From IMG/VR virus record IMGVR_UViG_3300012953_000106, positions 1 through 32,716 of that record: a stretch of DNA of 32,716 nt, one strand, 5' to 3'. The position numbers and the translations under genes are program-made. A model generated the notes under the pieces. It saw only the letters and a list, made by a program, of their open reading frames with translations, was not told the DNA's origin and did not search any database. Source of the DNA: a virus. Lineage: Duplodnaviria; Caudoviricetes. Every line of letters starts with the position of its first letter. Within the stretch, counting starts at the first letter, position 1. This document shows, one piece after another, positions 9,064-17,618 of the stretch.

Positions 9064-9331
9064 GGAAGAGGTTTTACAACAAATATATTTTAATAATTGT
9101 TTTGAACAATTAAGTAAAACAATGATAGCTTTAACAAAAGCAAATCCTAATAATAGAAAATTAAAAGAGTTAAGTTCTAAAATCAGAGAGATGTTTTTTC
9201 ATTTTAATAGTGTACATTTAAACAATAAACTTTTAAAAAGTGAAAACAACGAGGTTAGCTACGAAGTTAAAAAATTAAGATTAGAAGTAAGAGAATTAAA
9301 AAAACAAATAAAAAAATATGAACAAGGATAA
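9053..9331 (+). CDS. Hypothetical coiled-coil protein (likely start MQTKEE at ~9053)
   Basis: ORF track 9017..9331; heptad-rich C-terminus; overlaps both neighbours. Confidence 0.55.
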   Translation: MQTKEEVLQQIYFNNCFEQLSKTMIALTKANPNNRKLKELSSKIREMFFHFNSVHLNNKLLKSENNEVSYEVKKLRLEVRELKKQIKKYEQG

Positions 9332-9734
9332 ATTAAAAGCTCTATATATTCAATATGGACTTACTAAAGAAGATGTATTTAAACATCAACATTACGTGAT
9401 CATTACAAGATCAGGTATAGAAAAAATACAAAGCCAAGCAGATATTAATGTAGAATTTGAATCTAAAGTTTTAGAAAGAGATTTTGCAGTAATAAAAGCT
9501 ACAGCATACATTGATGCCAAAAAGTTAATACAAACTTTTGGATCTGCTTTAAAAGGTGATTTTAAAAATGGTAATTGTAACACCTGGTATGTGGCAGAAA
9601 TGGCAGAAAAAAGAGCTCTATCAAGAGCAGTCTTAAAAGTTACAGGTTTTTATGAGCTTGGAGTATTTGGAGAAGATGAATCTGATGATTTTAAAAGACC
9701 TAGAGTAGAACCTAAACAATTAATAAATAAATAA
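9318..9734 (+). CDS. Putative single-strand annealing/recombination protein
   Basis: ITRSGIEKI...VIKATA...TFGSA...AEMAEKRALSRAVLK resembles Sak/Rad52-like annealases; directly upstream of the SSB-like gene. Confidence 0.5.
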   Translation: MNKDKLKALYIQYGLTKEDVFKHQHYVIITRSGIEKIQSQADINVEFESKVLERDFAVIKATAYIDAKKLIQTFGSALKGDFKNGNCNTWYVAEMAEKRALSRAVLKVTGFYELGVFGEDESDDFKRPRVEPKQLINK

Positions 9735-9736
9735 AT

Positions 9737-10048
9737 ATGGGACACATGTTAAGTTTGCGGTTAAACGTTGCCGCCTTACCTAAAGACAAAATGGTCAAAG
9801 GTGAGAAAGGAGTTTACATTGATCTAACGTTAAGCATAGATGATCAAGAAAATCAATTTAAGCAATCAGTTTCAAGTTGGATTGCTCAAAGCAAAGAAGA
9901 AAGAGATCAAAAAAAGCCAAGACAATATACAGGAAACGGTAGATGTTTTTGGACAAACGGATCTCCTTTGCCTGTCAATATGGAGAAAAAAGATACACCA
10001 GTAATAACAAAAGAAGAAGATAATATAGACCTACCATTTGACTTATAG
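9737..10048 (+). CDS. Putative single-stranded DNA-binding protein
   Basis: GEKGVYIDL...YTGNG core with acidic tail EEDNIDLPF, typical of SSB C-termini. Confidence 0.6.
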   Translation: MGHMLSLRLNVAALPKDKMVKGEKGVYIDLTLSIDDQENQFKQSVSSWIAQSKEERDQKKPRQYTGNGRCFWTNGSPLPVNMEKKDTPVITKEEDNIDLPFDL

Positions 10049-10051
10049 TAA

Positions 10052-10894
10052 ATGTTTAAACTAACCGACGAACAATTAAGATCTATTGAAGACCAGTGCT
10101 TCGTAGACACAACTAACGATGTAAAATATCCACCGTTGGCTTTGTCGTTTGGGACTAATATTATTAAAACCAAAAAGGGAAATATAGAGTTGCCGATTCC
10201 AATAGGAACTTACGGCAACTTTTCTTTTGTACAGGCTCCACCAAAAACTTTAAAGACTTACTTTATAAGCTTATTAGCTAGTGTTTATTTAAGCGGAACT
10301 AATAAGTATGGAGGAGATATTAAGGGTTATCGAGGTGATAAATGCTTAATTCATTTTGATACAGAACAAGGCAAGTTTCATGCTCATAGAACTTTTAGAA
10401 GAGTTATAGACATGAATGAAAATGCTGATAAACAATGTTATCACACTTTTGGATTAAGAACCGTTTCATATAAACACCGTATTGCATTCATAGAACATTA
10501 CTTGCAAAATAAAATTAAAAAAGGTAAGGTCGGCTTAGTTGTCATAGATGGCATTGCAGATCTTTGTAATGACGTTAATAATATTGAGCAGTCAAATGAT
10601 GTTGTGCAAAAAATAATGGAATGGAGTCAAATATTCAATTGCCACATAATTACAATAATACACACTAACCACGGAAATTCGGAAAAACCAACCGGTCATT
10701 TAGGTAGTTTTTTAGAAAAGAAAGCGGAAACACAAATACAACTAAGCAAAAATTCAACACATCATGGTTGGATTTCAGTAACATGCAAAAGATCAAGAGG
10801 ATATAGCTTTGAACAATTTAGCTTTAAAATAAACGATTATGGATTACCACAGGTGATCACAGACTTATATAACCCTCTAAAAGATTTTGAATGA
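10052..10894 (+). CDS. RecA-fold (AAA_25/RepA-like) helicase
   Basis: Variant Walker A APPKTLKT, FDTEQG, Walker B VVIDGIAD, IIH.N, GHLGS motifs. Confidence 0.8.
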   Translation: MFKLTDEQLRSIEDQCFVDTTNDVKYPPLALSFGTNIIKTKKGNIELPIPIGTYGNFSFVQAPPKTLKTYFISLLASVYLSGTNKYGGDIKGYRGDKCLIHFDTEQGKFHAHRTFRRVIDMNENADKQCYHTFGLRTVSYKHRIAFIEHYLQNKIKKGKVGLVVIDGIADLCNDVNNIEQSNDVVQKIMEWSQIFNCHIITIIHTNHGNSEKPTGHLGSFLEKKAETQIQLSKNSTHHGWISVTCKRSRGYSFEQFSFKINDYGLPQVITDLYNPLKDFE

Positions 10895-11460
10895 AATGGC
10901 TTGAACTTATTGCAAAGCAACATGACGACTGGATATTAATGGCTAAAAAAATGGGTGGCAAAAGTTACTCAGAAGACATAGTACAAGAAGCATATATAAA
11001 AATACATTTATATACTGATCCAAACAAGATTATTAAAAACGGAAAAGTTTCTAAAGGTTATATGTTTTTTGTAATTAGATCAATATTTTTAGATTATGTA
11101 ATTAACAAAAATAAAATTAAGAAAATAAACATAGATGATTTTTACAAGGATGATGGCTTTAAAGAAATTAAGCAAGAACATTTACCAAGATTTACTTCAG
11201 ATGATAACTTAGAAGAAGAAAAAGCTTTTGGCAGATTGATTAATAAAATGGATAAAGAGTTAGAAAATTGGAATTGGTATAATAAAAGAATTTTTGAGAT
11301 ATATAGAGACACGCCTTTAAGCATTAGAGGTATGGCTAAAGAAACAGGTATTAGTTTTGTCAATATATTTCACACCTTAAAAAAAGGTAAACAAACAATG
11401 AGAGACAAATTCAACGAGGATTACGAAGACTATATTAACGGAGACTTTAACCAAATTTAA
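10891..11460 (+). CDS. ECF-type RNA polymerase sigma-70 factor
   Basis: SEDIVQEAYIK (region 2), YMFFVIRSIFLD, C-terminal HTH SIRGMAKETGISFVNIFHTLKK (region 4). Confidence 0.85.
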   Translation: MKWLELIAKQHDDWILMAKKMGGKSYSEDIVQEAYIKIHLYTDPNKIIKNGKVSKGYMFFVIRSIFLDYVINKNKIKKINIDDFYKDDGFKEIKQEHLPRFTSDDNLEEEKAFGRLINKMDKELENWNWYNKRIFEIYRDTPLSIRGMAKETGISFVNIFHTLKKGKQTMRDKFNEDYEDYINGDFNQI

Positions 11461-11465
11461 CTATT

Positions 11466-11879
11466 ATGAAAGAACCAAAAGACAAACGTACTAAAGCGTA
11501 CAAAGAATGGAAACAAAATTTTGACAAGGCTAGCGATGGGCTAGGCGACACAATTGAAAAAATCACTAAAGCAACAGGTATTAAAAAGGTTGTAGAGTGG
11601 GCTGCTGGAGAAGATTGTGGATGTGACGAAAGAAAACAAAGATTAAATAGATTATTTAGATACAATAAGCCATTATGCTTAGAAGAAGATGAATATAATT
11701 ATCTTAGTAATTTCTATAAAACTCATAGAGGTGTGATCAAACCACAAACTCAAGCGGATCTACTTAAGATCTATAATAGAATATTTAGAACTAATAAAGA
11801 AAAATCAACATGTGGTAGTTGTGTTAAGTCAATGATAGGTGAGTTGCAAAAAGTATTTAAAACTTATGAAACCTTATAG
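11466..11879 (+). CDS. Cys-containing hypothetical protein
   Basis: GLGDTIEKIT.ATGIKK...DCGCDERK..LN and CGSC motifs; possible Zn binding. Confidence 0.65.
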   Translation: MKEPKDKRTKAYKEWKQNFDKASDGLGDTIEKITKATGIKKVVEWAAGEDCGCDERKQRLNRLFRYNKPLCLEEDEYNYLSNFYKTHRGVIKPQTQADLLKIYNRIFRTNKEKSTCGSCVKSMIGELQKVFKTYETL

Positions 11880-12579
11880 ACCAAGATTAACAGGCAATAA
11901 AGCCGAGGCTTTTAAATATCTAACTCAAAGAGTTAACAGAGTTTTAATTATAGGTGATTTACATGAGCCTTTTTGTTTGGACTCATATTTAGATCATTGT
12001 ATTGAGACATATAAAAAATATAATTGCAACAAAGTGATTTTTATTGGAGATGTAATTGACAATCATTATTCTAGTTATCATGAGACAGACACGGAGGCTT
12101 TAGGTGGAGCAGATGAATTAGAACTAGCTATCCGCAGAATAAGCAGATGGTATAAAGCTTTCCCTAAGGCAACCGTGACTATCGGAAATCATGACAGAAT
12201 TATTATGAGAAAAGCACAAACAAGTGCAGTACCTAAAAAATGGATTAAGGCATATAAAGATGTGTTAGAAGTTCCTGGTTGGAATTTTGTAGACAGATTT
12301 GTTTTAGACAATGTTCAATATATTCATGGCGAGGCCGGAACAGCTAGAACAAAATGCAAGGCAGACATGCAAAGCACCGTTCAGGGACATCTTCACACTC
12401 AATGTTATACTGAGTTTTTTGTAGGTCAAAACTTTAAAGTCTTTGGAATGCAAGTTGGATGTGGAATAGATTCATCTGCTTACGCTATGGCTTATGCTAA
12501 ACGAGGCAAAAAGCCTGCAATCGCTTGCTCGGTAGTGATCAATGGCAAGATAGCTATTAATGAACCTATGGATTTGTAA
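11866..12579 (+). CDS. Calcineurin-like metallophosphoesterase (likely start ATG 11866)
   Basis: GDLH, GDVID, GNHD, HG and GHLH motifs in canonical order. Confidence 0.9.
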   Translation: MKPYRPRLTGNKAEAFKYLTQRVNRVLIIGDLHEPFCLDSYLDHCIETYKKYNCNKVIFIGDVIDNHYSSYHETDTEALGGADELELAIRRISRWYKAFPKATVTIGNHDRIIMRKAQTSAVPKKWIKAYKDVLEVPGWNFVDRFVLDNVQYIHGEAGTARTKCKADMQSTVQGHLHTQCYTEFFVGQNFKVFGMQVGCGIDSSAYAMAYAKRGKKPAIACSVVINGKIAINEPMDL

Positions 12580-12580
12580 A

Positions 12581-12632
12581 TGTTAAAATTTTGTTAAATA
12601 TTTTTTTTTATAAACATTTGTTTATATATTCG
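12581..12632 (+). promoter_or_regulatory. Early promoter region with TGTTAA-N5-TGTTAA box
   Basis: TGTTAA at 12581 and 12592; TATATTCG close to the Bacteroidota -7 element TAnnTTTG just upstream of 12638. Confidence 0.6.
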
Positions 12633-12637
12633 TTGGT

Positions 12638-12829
12638 ATGATAACAGTAGATTTTGACACTAGGATTTTTACAGCAGTCGAAAACCAAGACAACGGAAAT
12701 GTTGAGGTGTATCTTACCAAGGAAGCTCGTGAAGCTTTAGGATTAGGTTACCCACACATTGCTGTCGAGGTAGCGCAGGGCAACTCACTTGACAGTGGAA
12801 TTGCTATTGCGGAAGACAACAAGCTGTAG
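12638..12829 (+). CDS. Small acidic hypothetical protein
   Basis: 63 aa with its own promoter upstream and a hairpin downstream. Confidence 0.6.
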   Translation: MITVDFDTRIFTAVENQDNGNVEVYLTKEAREALGLGYPHIAVEVAQGNSLDSGIAIAEDNKL

Positions 12830-12837
12830 ATCAACTT

Positions 12838-12872
12838 AAGGGCCGTGAATAATAGTAGCGGCCTTTATTTTT
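12838..12872 (+). terminator. Putative terminator hairpin
   Basis: AAGGGCCG...CGGCCTTT followed by ATTTTT. Confidence 0.55.
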
Positions 12873-12884
12873 AAATTATAAAAT

Positions 12885-13043
12885 ATGAAAAAACCAAAAA
12901 AATATACTCATAACGAAAGGATGTCAAGAATGGAAAAAGTATTGACAACTTATTACGTAATAATACAGAGCTTGCAAAAACGAGTTCAGATCTTAGAGGA
13001 TAAATTAGGTATAAAAAAAGAAGACAATGATAGTTCTGTTTGA
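12885..13043 (+). CDS. Hypothetical protein (52 aa, not in ORF track)
   Basis: MKKPKKYTHNERMSRMEKVLTTYYVIIQSLQKRVQILEDKLGIKKEDNDSSV*; overlaps the exonuclease start. Confidence 0.6.
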   Translation: MKKPKKYTHNERMSRMEKVLTTYYVIIQSLQKRVQILEDKLGIKKEDNDSSV

Positions 13044-13704
13044 TGCCGATAGTTTAATTTATTCTTCATGTATAAATGTTGAAGATCTAGAAGATGCTTG
13101 CGCTAAATTTGACGAAGTATTAATGTCAATAGTTAACAAGATAGATGAGGATTACGACGTTAAAGAGTTAATTGTATTTAACAGTGCTAAAGGTAACTTT
13201 AGAAAGATCCTAATGAATTCATACAAGGCAAATAGAACTCAGCCAAAGCCTCCACTATTAAGCCAACTATCTGATCATGTAACAAAAGAATACAATAGTA
13301 GGATAGCTTATGGAATGGAAACAGATGACTTAGTTGCAATATATTGGAATAAGTTACAAAAAGAATTTGGTCGTGATCATGTTACAATTGTGGCTATAGA
13401 TAAAGATTACAAACAACTTCCCTGCTTACTTTATAACTACCACGTTAAACATCAAAAAATGTATAATATTTCAGAGCTAGAAGCAATAAACAATTTTTAT
13501 ACACAAATGATAGTAGGTGATACTGCAGACAATGTAAACTTCTGTAAGGGATACGGTGTTAAGTATGCAGAAAAAATATTTAAGAACTGCAAAAGTAGAT
13601 ACCAATTTATAAGAAAAACATTTGAACTATTTAAAACAATTTATAAATCAAAAGCACGTGAAAAATTTATTACGTGTCACACTTTATTAAAACTAAGAAC
13701 ATGA
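13027..13704 (+). CDS. 5'-3' exonuclease / RNase H (FEN-like, T7 gp6 type)
   Basis: LFDADSL, NFRK...YKANR, ETDD, IDKDYKQL, GDTADNV..CKGYGVKYA motifs. Confidence 0.9.
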   Translation: MIVLFDADSLIYSSCINVEDLEDACAKFDEVLMSIVNKIDEDYDVKELIVFNSAKGNFRKILMNSYKANRTQPKPPLLSQLSDHVTKEYNSRIAYGMETDDLVAIYWNKLQKEFGRDHVTIVAIDKDYKQLPCLLYNYHVKHQKMYNISELEAINNFYTQMIVGDTADNVNFCKGYGVKYAEKIFKNCKSRYQFIRKTFELFKTIYKSKAREKFITCHTLLKLRT

Positions 13705-13967
13705 GTAATATATTACAAAAAGCAAATGAGATTATTAATTTAAGATCAGAAGAAAAAGAGAGGACTTACGGCCCTTTCTCAGACGGCATGAAAAGAGCCG
13801 CTAAGATAGCGTCAGGCGCTACAGGTAAAGACATAACTACCGAAGACATGTATATGTGCATGGTTGCTTTAAAACTATCTAGAGAGTCTTATAATCACAA
13901 AGAAGATAACTTGCTCGATGCTGTTGCATATTTAGGAGCCTTAAATAATTTACACCATGGGAGATAA
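13701..13967 (+). CDS. DUF6378-like small helical protein (nucleotide-metabolism associated; likely start 13701)
   Basis: IL..A..II......YG.F.....IAS.......MVALKLSR......DNLLDAVAY pattern. Confidence 0.6.
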   Translation: MSNILQKANEIINLRSEEKERTYGPFSDGMKRAAKIASGATGKDITTEDMYMCMVALKLSRESYNHKEDNLLDAVAYLGALNNLHHGR

Positions 13968-14904
13968 CGCTTGTATGATCAACCTACTTGGTAATGTGCC
14001 AAATAGAATGAATTCACATAATGCTGGTTGGACTCATTGTCTTAAAAGCATTGCTAATAATAGATCTGATTACGATATAGAAATAATCAACGAACCTTCT
14101 AGGATACATGAATTTAGGACTGTTATAATTAACAACGGTATAAATTATAAAAAAGATGTTTGGAATTTTTTTGGAGGAGTACAACAGAAAACATTAGACT
14201 ATTTACATGAGTTAAGTAAATATAAAGGTTTATTGTTTACGTTTAATGAAGCTATAGATTTTAGATCATTATTAAAAAGAAAAGAAATAAATACTATCCC
14301 TAATAAACAAGTATATTGTGGAAGTACAATAGATAAAAAATTAATACTAGGTGATTCTCATTCTTTATCTATATACAAATCAGGTTGGGGAATAAATAGA
14401 CTAGATGGTAAAACATTACATGGGTTTTTAAAAGATCCTTATAAGTATTTCGATAAAGAAAACACTACTGATCTAACTTTGTATTTTGGTAATATAGATG
14501 TAAGATTCCATTTAATGAGACAACCAAATCCTGAGCAAGCTGTTTGCGTATTAGTAAACAAGCTAATTGAATTTATTGCAGAGATAAGTCCTAAGATCAA
14601 TGTCACTGTTCAAGAGTTATTACCTATAGAAGATGAATCAAGAAAAATACCAGGATCTGGAATGTATAAAGGACAACCGTTTTATGGTAGTAAGGAAGCA
14701 AGGCAAAACTTGGTTAACTTATTTAATATATTGATCAAAGATTCTATAGACAAAAACCATCCTTATAATGTTCAAGAAATGTGGTTAGAATATCCATTAC
14801 ATTTTGATTGTATGGAAGCGAGACAATCTGTTCATGTTAGACCGGATTTTTATTTACACAAAAATACTTTTATAAATGATACAAGAGTTCCAACTTTATT
14901 ATAA
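13957..14904 (+). CDS. SGNH/GDSL-fold protein in the DNA-modification cluster
   Basis: Block I ILGDSHS, block II DGKTLHG, block III YFGNID, block V SVH; additional ~120-aa N-terminal domain. Confidence 0.6.
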   Translation: MGDNACMINLLGNVPNRMNSHNAGWTHCLKSIANNRSDYDIEIINEPSRIHEFRTVIINNGINYKKDVWNFFGGVQQKTLDYLHELSKYKGLLFTFNEAIDFRSLLKRKEINTIPNKQVYCGSTIDKKLILGDSHSLSIYKSGWGINRLDGKTLHGFLKDPYKYFDKENTTDLTLYFGNIDVRFHLMRQPNPEQAVCVLVNKLIEFIAEISPKINVTVQELLPIEDESRKIPGSGMYKGQPFYGSKEARQNLVNLFNILIKDSIDKNHPYNVQEMWLEYPLHFDCMEARQSVHVRPDFYLHKNTFINDTRVPTLL

Positions 14905-15787
14905 TAAAGCAAGGTTAAATCAAGAAAGATTATACCAAGGTTACGATTGGACTGAGGAAGATATTGATGATGATCTAATCTGGCACGTGCCTATTTACGA
15001 TGTAGTTAATAGGAGATATGCAGCGTTCAGTAGTTTATTAGAAGCTATTAGAAAAAAAGAAACAGATCCTAAAGGCAATGGCGAATATTTTAAATATGCA
15101 GATGTTAATGATTTTGATTTCATGTTGCTATGTTACTTGTTTAGATTATGTGGTAGTGGGATTAATTATTTCCCAAAGACTAATCATCCTTACGGCACTC
15201 ATGGTTTCGGTAATTTTTGGATAGTCGATAGTTTACTAAACGAAAGGCTAACATTTAATGAATGGATGGAGGATCTACCTGAAAAAAAGTTTAGTGATAA
15301 CAAAGGTTATTTACTGCCTATGATTTCTAAAGGTTTAAGGAATTTTATATTGGAAGATAGTTATAAATTAGTTAACTACATATTAGATAACATGTGGGGA
15401 TTAGAAATATATGAGGTTGTAGATCTAGGTAACGAGTGGTTATTACGAAGAGGATATAAAAGACAGAACTTTGTTTTATGTGCTTTTGCAATGGATCTAG
15501 CCGAGTACTTTCCTAAAATAATAACAAGACATAGTAATGTTTACGTGGGATCTAATGCTAGAAAATGTTTAAAAGAAATATTCCCTAACACTAAGGGGAT
15601 TGGTTCTAACCTAAAAGCAACTAATGATTGTCTTGAGCACTTATGTGCTTTAACAGGAGGACACAGTTTTAAATACGATATGGAAGATGTTGCATGTGAT
15701 TTTATAAGATATAAAAACAACTTTCAGAGTAAGCATCATATAGAATATAATAACGGCATAAAATATTATAACAATGTTTTTAAATAA
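14876..15787 (+). CDS. Amino acid:DNA transferase-like protein (aGPT-PPlase / HhH-glycosylase superfamily)
   Basis: F.AMDLAEY, VYVGSNARKCL and C-terminal DMEDVACDFIRY, comparable to the E..xC(E/D)xxKY signature; adjacent to PLP and TS genes as in known hypermodification loci. Confidence 0.65.
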   Translation: MIQEFQLYYNKARLNQERLYQGYDWTEEDIDDDLIWHVPIYDVVNRRYAAFSSLLEAIRKKETDPKGNGEYFKYADVNDFDFMLLCYLFRLCGSGINYFPKTNHPYGTHGFGNFWIVDSLLNERLTFNEWMEDLPEKKFSDNKGYLLPMISKGLRNFILEDSYKLVNYILDNMWGLEIYEVVDLGNEWLLRRGYKRQNFVLCAFAMDLAEYFPKIITRHSNVYVGSNARKCLKEIFPNTKGIGSNLKATNDCLEHLCALTGGHSFKYDMEDVACDFIRYKNNFQSKHHIEYNNGIKYYNNVFK

Positions 15788-16667
15788 ACAGACTTACATA
15801 GAAAATAAAGACTTAATTAAATATGATCTAAAAGAATATTTAAGTGTCACTAGTGGTTTTAAATCTACGTTTGATCCTTTTGTTGTAAAAAATATAAATG
15901 GATTTAATGTAATAGATGAATCAGAAGCTTGTAGCGTTGGCTATAAAGCCAGATCAGCTGAATTTTTAATGCTAGAGTTGCAAAGTTTAAATGTAAAACA
16001 TATTGTCTACGTTCAACCAAGAAGAGGTTATGCAGGTATTTCTTTAGCTTGGCTTTGTAAACAATATAATATGAAGTTAACTTTAGTAATGCCATCATCT
16101 AAAGAGGTTAGTGATCATCAAGCTCTATGTATTGAGTTAGGCGCCGAGGCTAAGTTTGTAAGAATAGCAGCGATGCCAAATGCTAATAAGTACGCTAAAG
16201 AGTATGCTGATAAGATAGGTGCTTTCTTTGTCCCTTTAGGATTAAATCATCCTCATGTTATAGCTGGAGGAGTTAGAGTTATTTATGATTATTTTAAAGA
16301 CAAACAAAAACCTAAGACAATGTGGAGTGTAATAAGTACAGGTGTTTTACAAAGGTCACTACAAATAGCTTTGCCAGATACTGAGTTTAAAGCAGTAGCG
16401 GTTGCTAGAAATATACAACAAGGCGAATTAGGGCGCGCCGAGTTCTACAGTTATCATAAGCCCTTTAACAGTCTATCGGATTTAATACCGGATAAATTTG
16501 ATTGCGAGAATAGTTATGACTCAAAAGGCTGGCACTATATGTGCGAATATGGAAATAAAGGAGATTGGTTTTTTAGTGTAGCCGGTAACGCTAGGAAGCC
16601 AATAATAGACAAGAGTCTAATTAGATCTTACAGAGATTGGAACGACTTAAAAGATTTTAAAATATGA
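15774..16667 (+). CDS. PLP-dependent enzyme, fold type II (tryptophan synthase beta/PALP-like)
   Basis: VGYKAR (Schiff-base Lys), GYAGISLA, LTLVMP, LGAE, ISTGVL (phosphate-binding loop). Confidence 0.8.
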   Translation: MFLNKQTYIENKDLIKYDLKEYLSVTSGFKSTFDPFVVKNINGFNVIDESEACSVGYKARSAEFLMLELQSLNVKHIVYVQPRRGYAGISLAWLCKQYNMKLTLVMPSSKEVSDHQALCIELGAEAKFVRIAAMPNANKYAKEYADKIGAFFVPLGLNHPHVIAGGVRVIYDYFKDKQKPKTMWSVISTGVLQRSLQIALPDTEFKAVAVARNIQQGELGRAEFYSYHKPFNSLSDLIPDKFDCENSYDSKGWHYMCEYGNKGDWFFSVAGNARKPIIDKSLIRSYRDWNDLKDFKI

Positions 16668-17305
16668 TCTACAACAATGTGACAGAGGCTTTCGAGTCTT
16701 TATATAAGGAAATTGATAAAGTAGAAGAGGGACCTAATGGAACTAAAGCTATTTATAATAAATGCTTTACTATTTTAGACACTAGCAAGTTAGTTGTAAA
16801 AACACCTTGGCGTAAATTTAAAACTACTTATGCTGAACGTGAATGGATTTGGTATGTTTCAGGAAATAGAAATGCAGAAGATATTGCAAAACACGCTAAA
16901 ATTTGGTATGATCACATGGATGAGAATGGTAACGTCAACTCTAATTATGGTTGGCAATGGTGGAGAAATGATCAATATCGTTACGTTGTTGAAGAATTAA
17001 AATATAATAGATTCTCAAGACGAGCAGTCATTACTTTATATGACGGTAAAGAATGGGAAGAATACGAAAAAGATACTCCTTGCACACTAGCAATTAAGTT
17101 TTATTTTAAAAGTGATCCAAGAGTTTTACACATGTCTGTTGTTATGAGAAGCAATGATTTGTGGTTTGGATTTTGTAATGATGCTTATTGTTTTATTAAA
17201 TTACACCAGTCAATGTGCGAAGACTTAAATGTAATACAAGGAGAGTATACTCATTTCGCGCAAAATTTACATTTATACCCAAGACATTATGGAAAAAACA
17301 TTTGA
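16664..17305 (+). CDS. Thymidylate-synthase homologue, dCMP (hydroxy)methyltransferase type
   Basis: NSNYG, SRRAVI, catalytic DTPCT, MRSNDLWFGFCND, NLHLY; Asp at the position of ThyA Asn177. Confidence 0.8.
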   Translation: MIYNNVTEAFESLYKEIDKVEEGPNGTKAIYNKCFTILDTSKLVVKTPWRKFKTTYAEREWIWYVSGNRNAEDIAKHAKIWYDHMDENGNVNSNYGWQWWRNDQYRYVVEELKYNRFSRRAVITLYDGKEWEEYEKDTPCTLAIKFYFKSDPRVLHMSVVMRSNDLWFGFCNDAYCFIKLHQSMCEDLNVIQGEYTHFAQNLHLYPRHYGKNI

Positions 17306-17618
17306 ATTAATTAGATTATGGGCGCAAGAGCGTGACATATATACAAAAGGAAATTCACATACTCAATACGTGAAATTTCAAGAAGAAGCTGGAGAACTAG
17401 CAAAAGCTTTATTAAAAAAAGATAGGGAGGAAATAATAGATTCTATCGGAGATATTGTGGTTGTTCTAACTAATTTAGCGCACATGGAAGGATTAAGTAT
17501 TGAGGATTGTATTGTTACGGCTTATTTAGAAATAAGAAAAAGAAAAGGATCTATGATAAATGGAACTTTTGTGAAACAAACAAAAGACAGTGATCACATA
17601 ATTTCGGGAACAGAATGA
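17289..17618 (+). CDS. MazG-like nucleotide pyrophosphohydrolase
   Basis: KFQEEAGELA...DSIGDIVVVL...YLEIRKRKG.M.NGTFVK. Confidence 0.85.
   Translation: MEKTFELIRLWAQERDIYTKGNSHTQYVKFQEEAGELAKALLKKDREEIIDSIGDIVVVLTNLAHMEGLSIEDCIVTAYLEIRKRKGSMINGTFVKQTKDSDHIISGTE

Noticed and set aside
13957-14100. T4 beta-glucosyltransferase similarity at the N-terminus
   Set aside because: Only a few residues resemble it; the rest of the protein shows SGNH blocks, not GT-B motifs.
15774-16667. Auxiliary metabolic cysteine synthase or threonine dehydratase
   Set aside because: The fold is shared, but coupling to transferase-like and TS-like genes points to DNA modification.
16664-17305. Ordinary thymidylate synthase (thyA)
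   Set aside because: Asp replaces the dUMP-specifying Asn, and the gene sits in a modification cluster.
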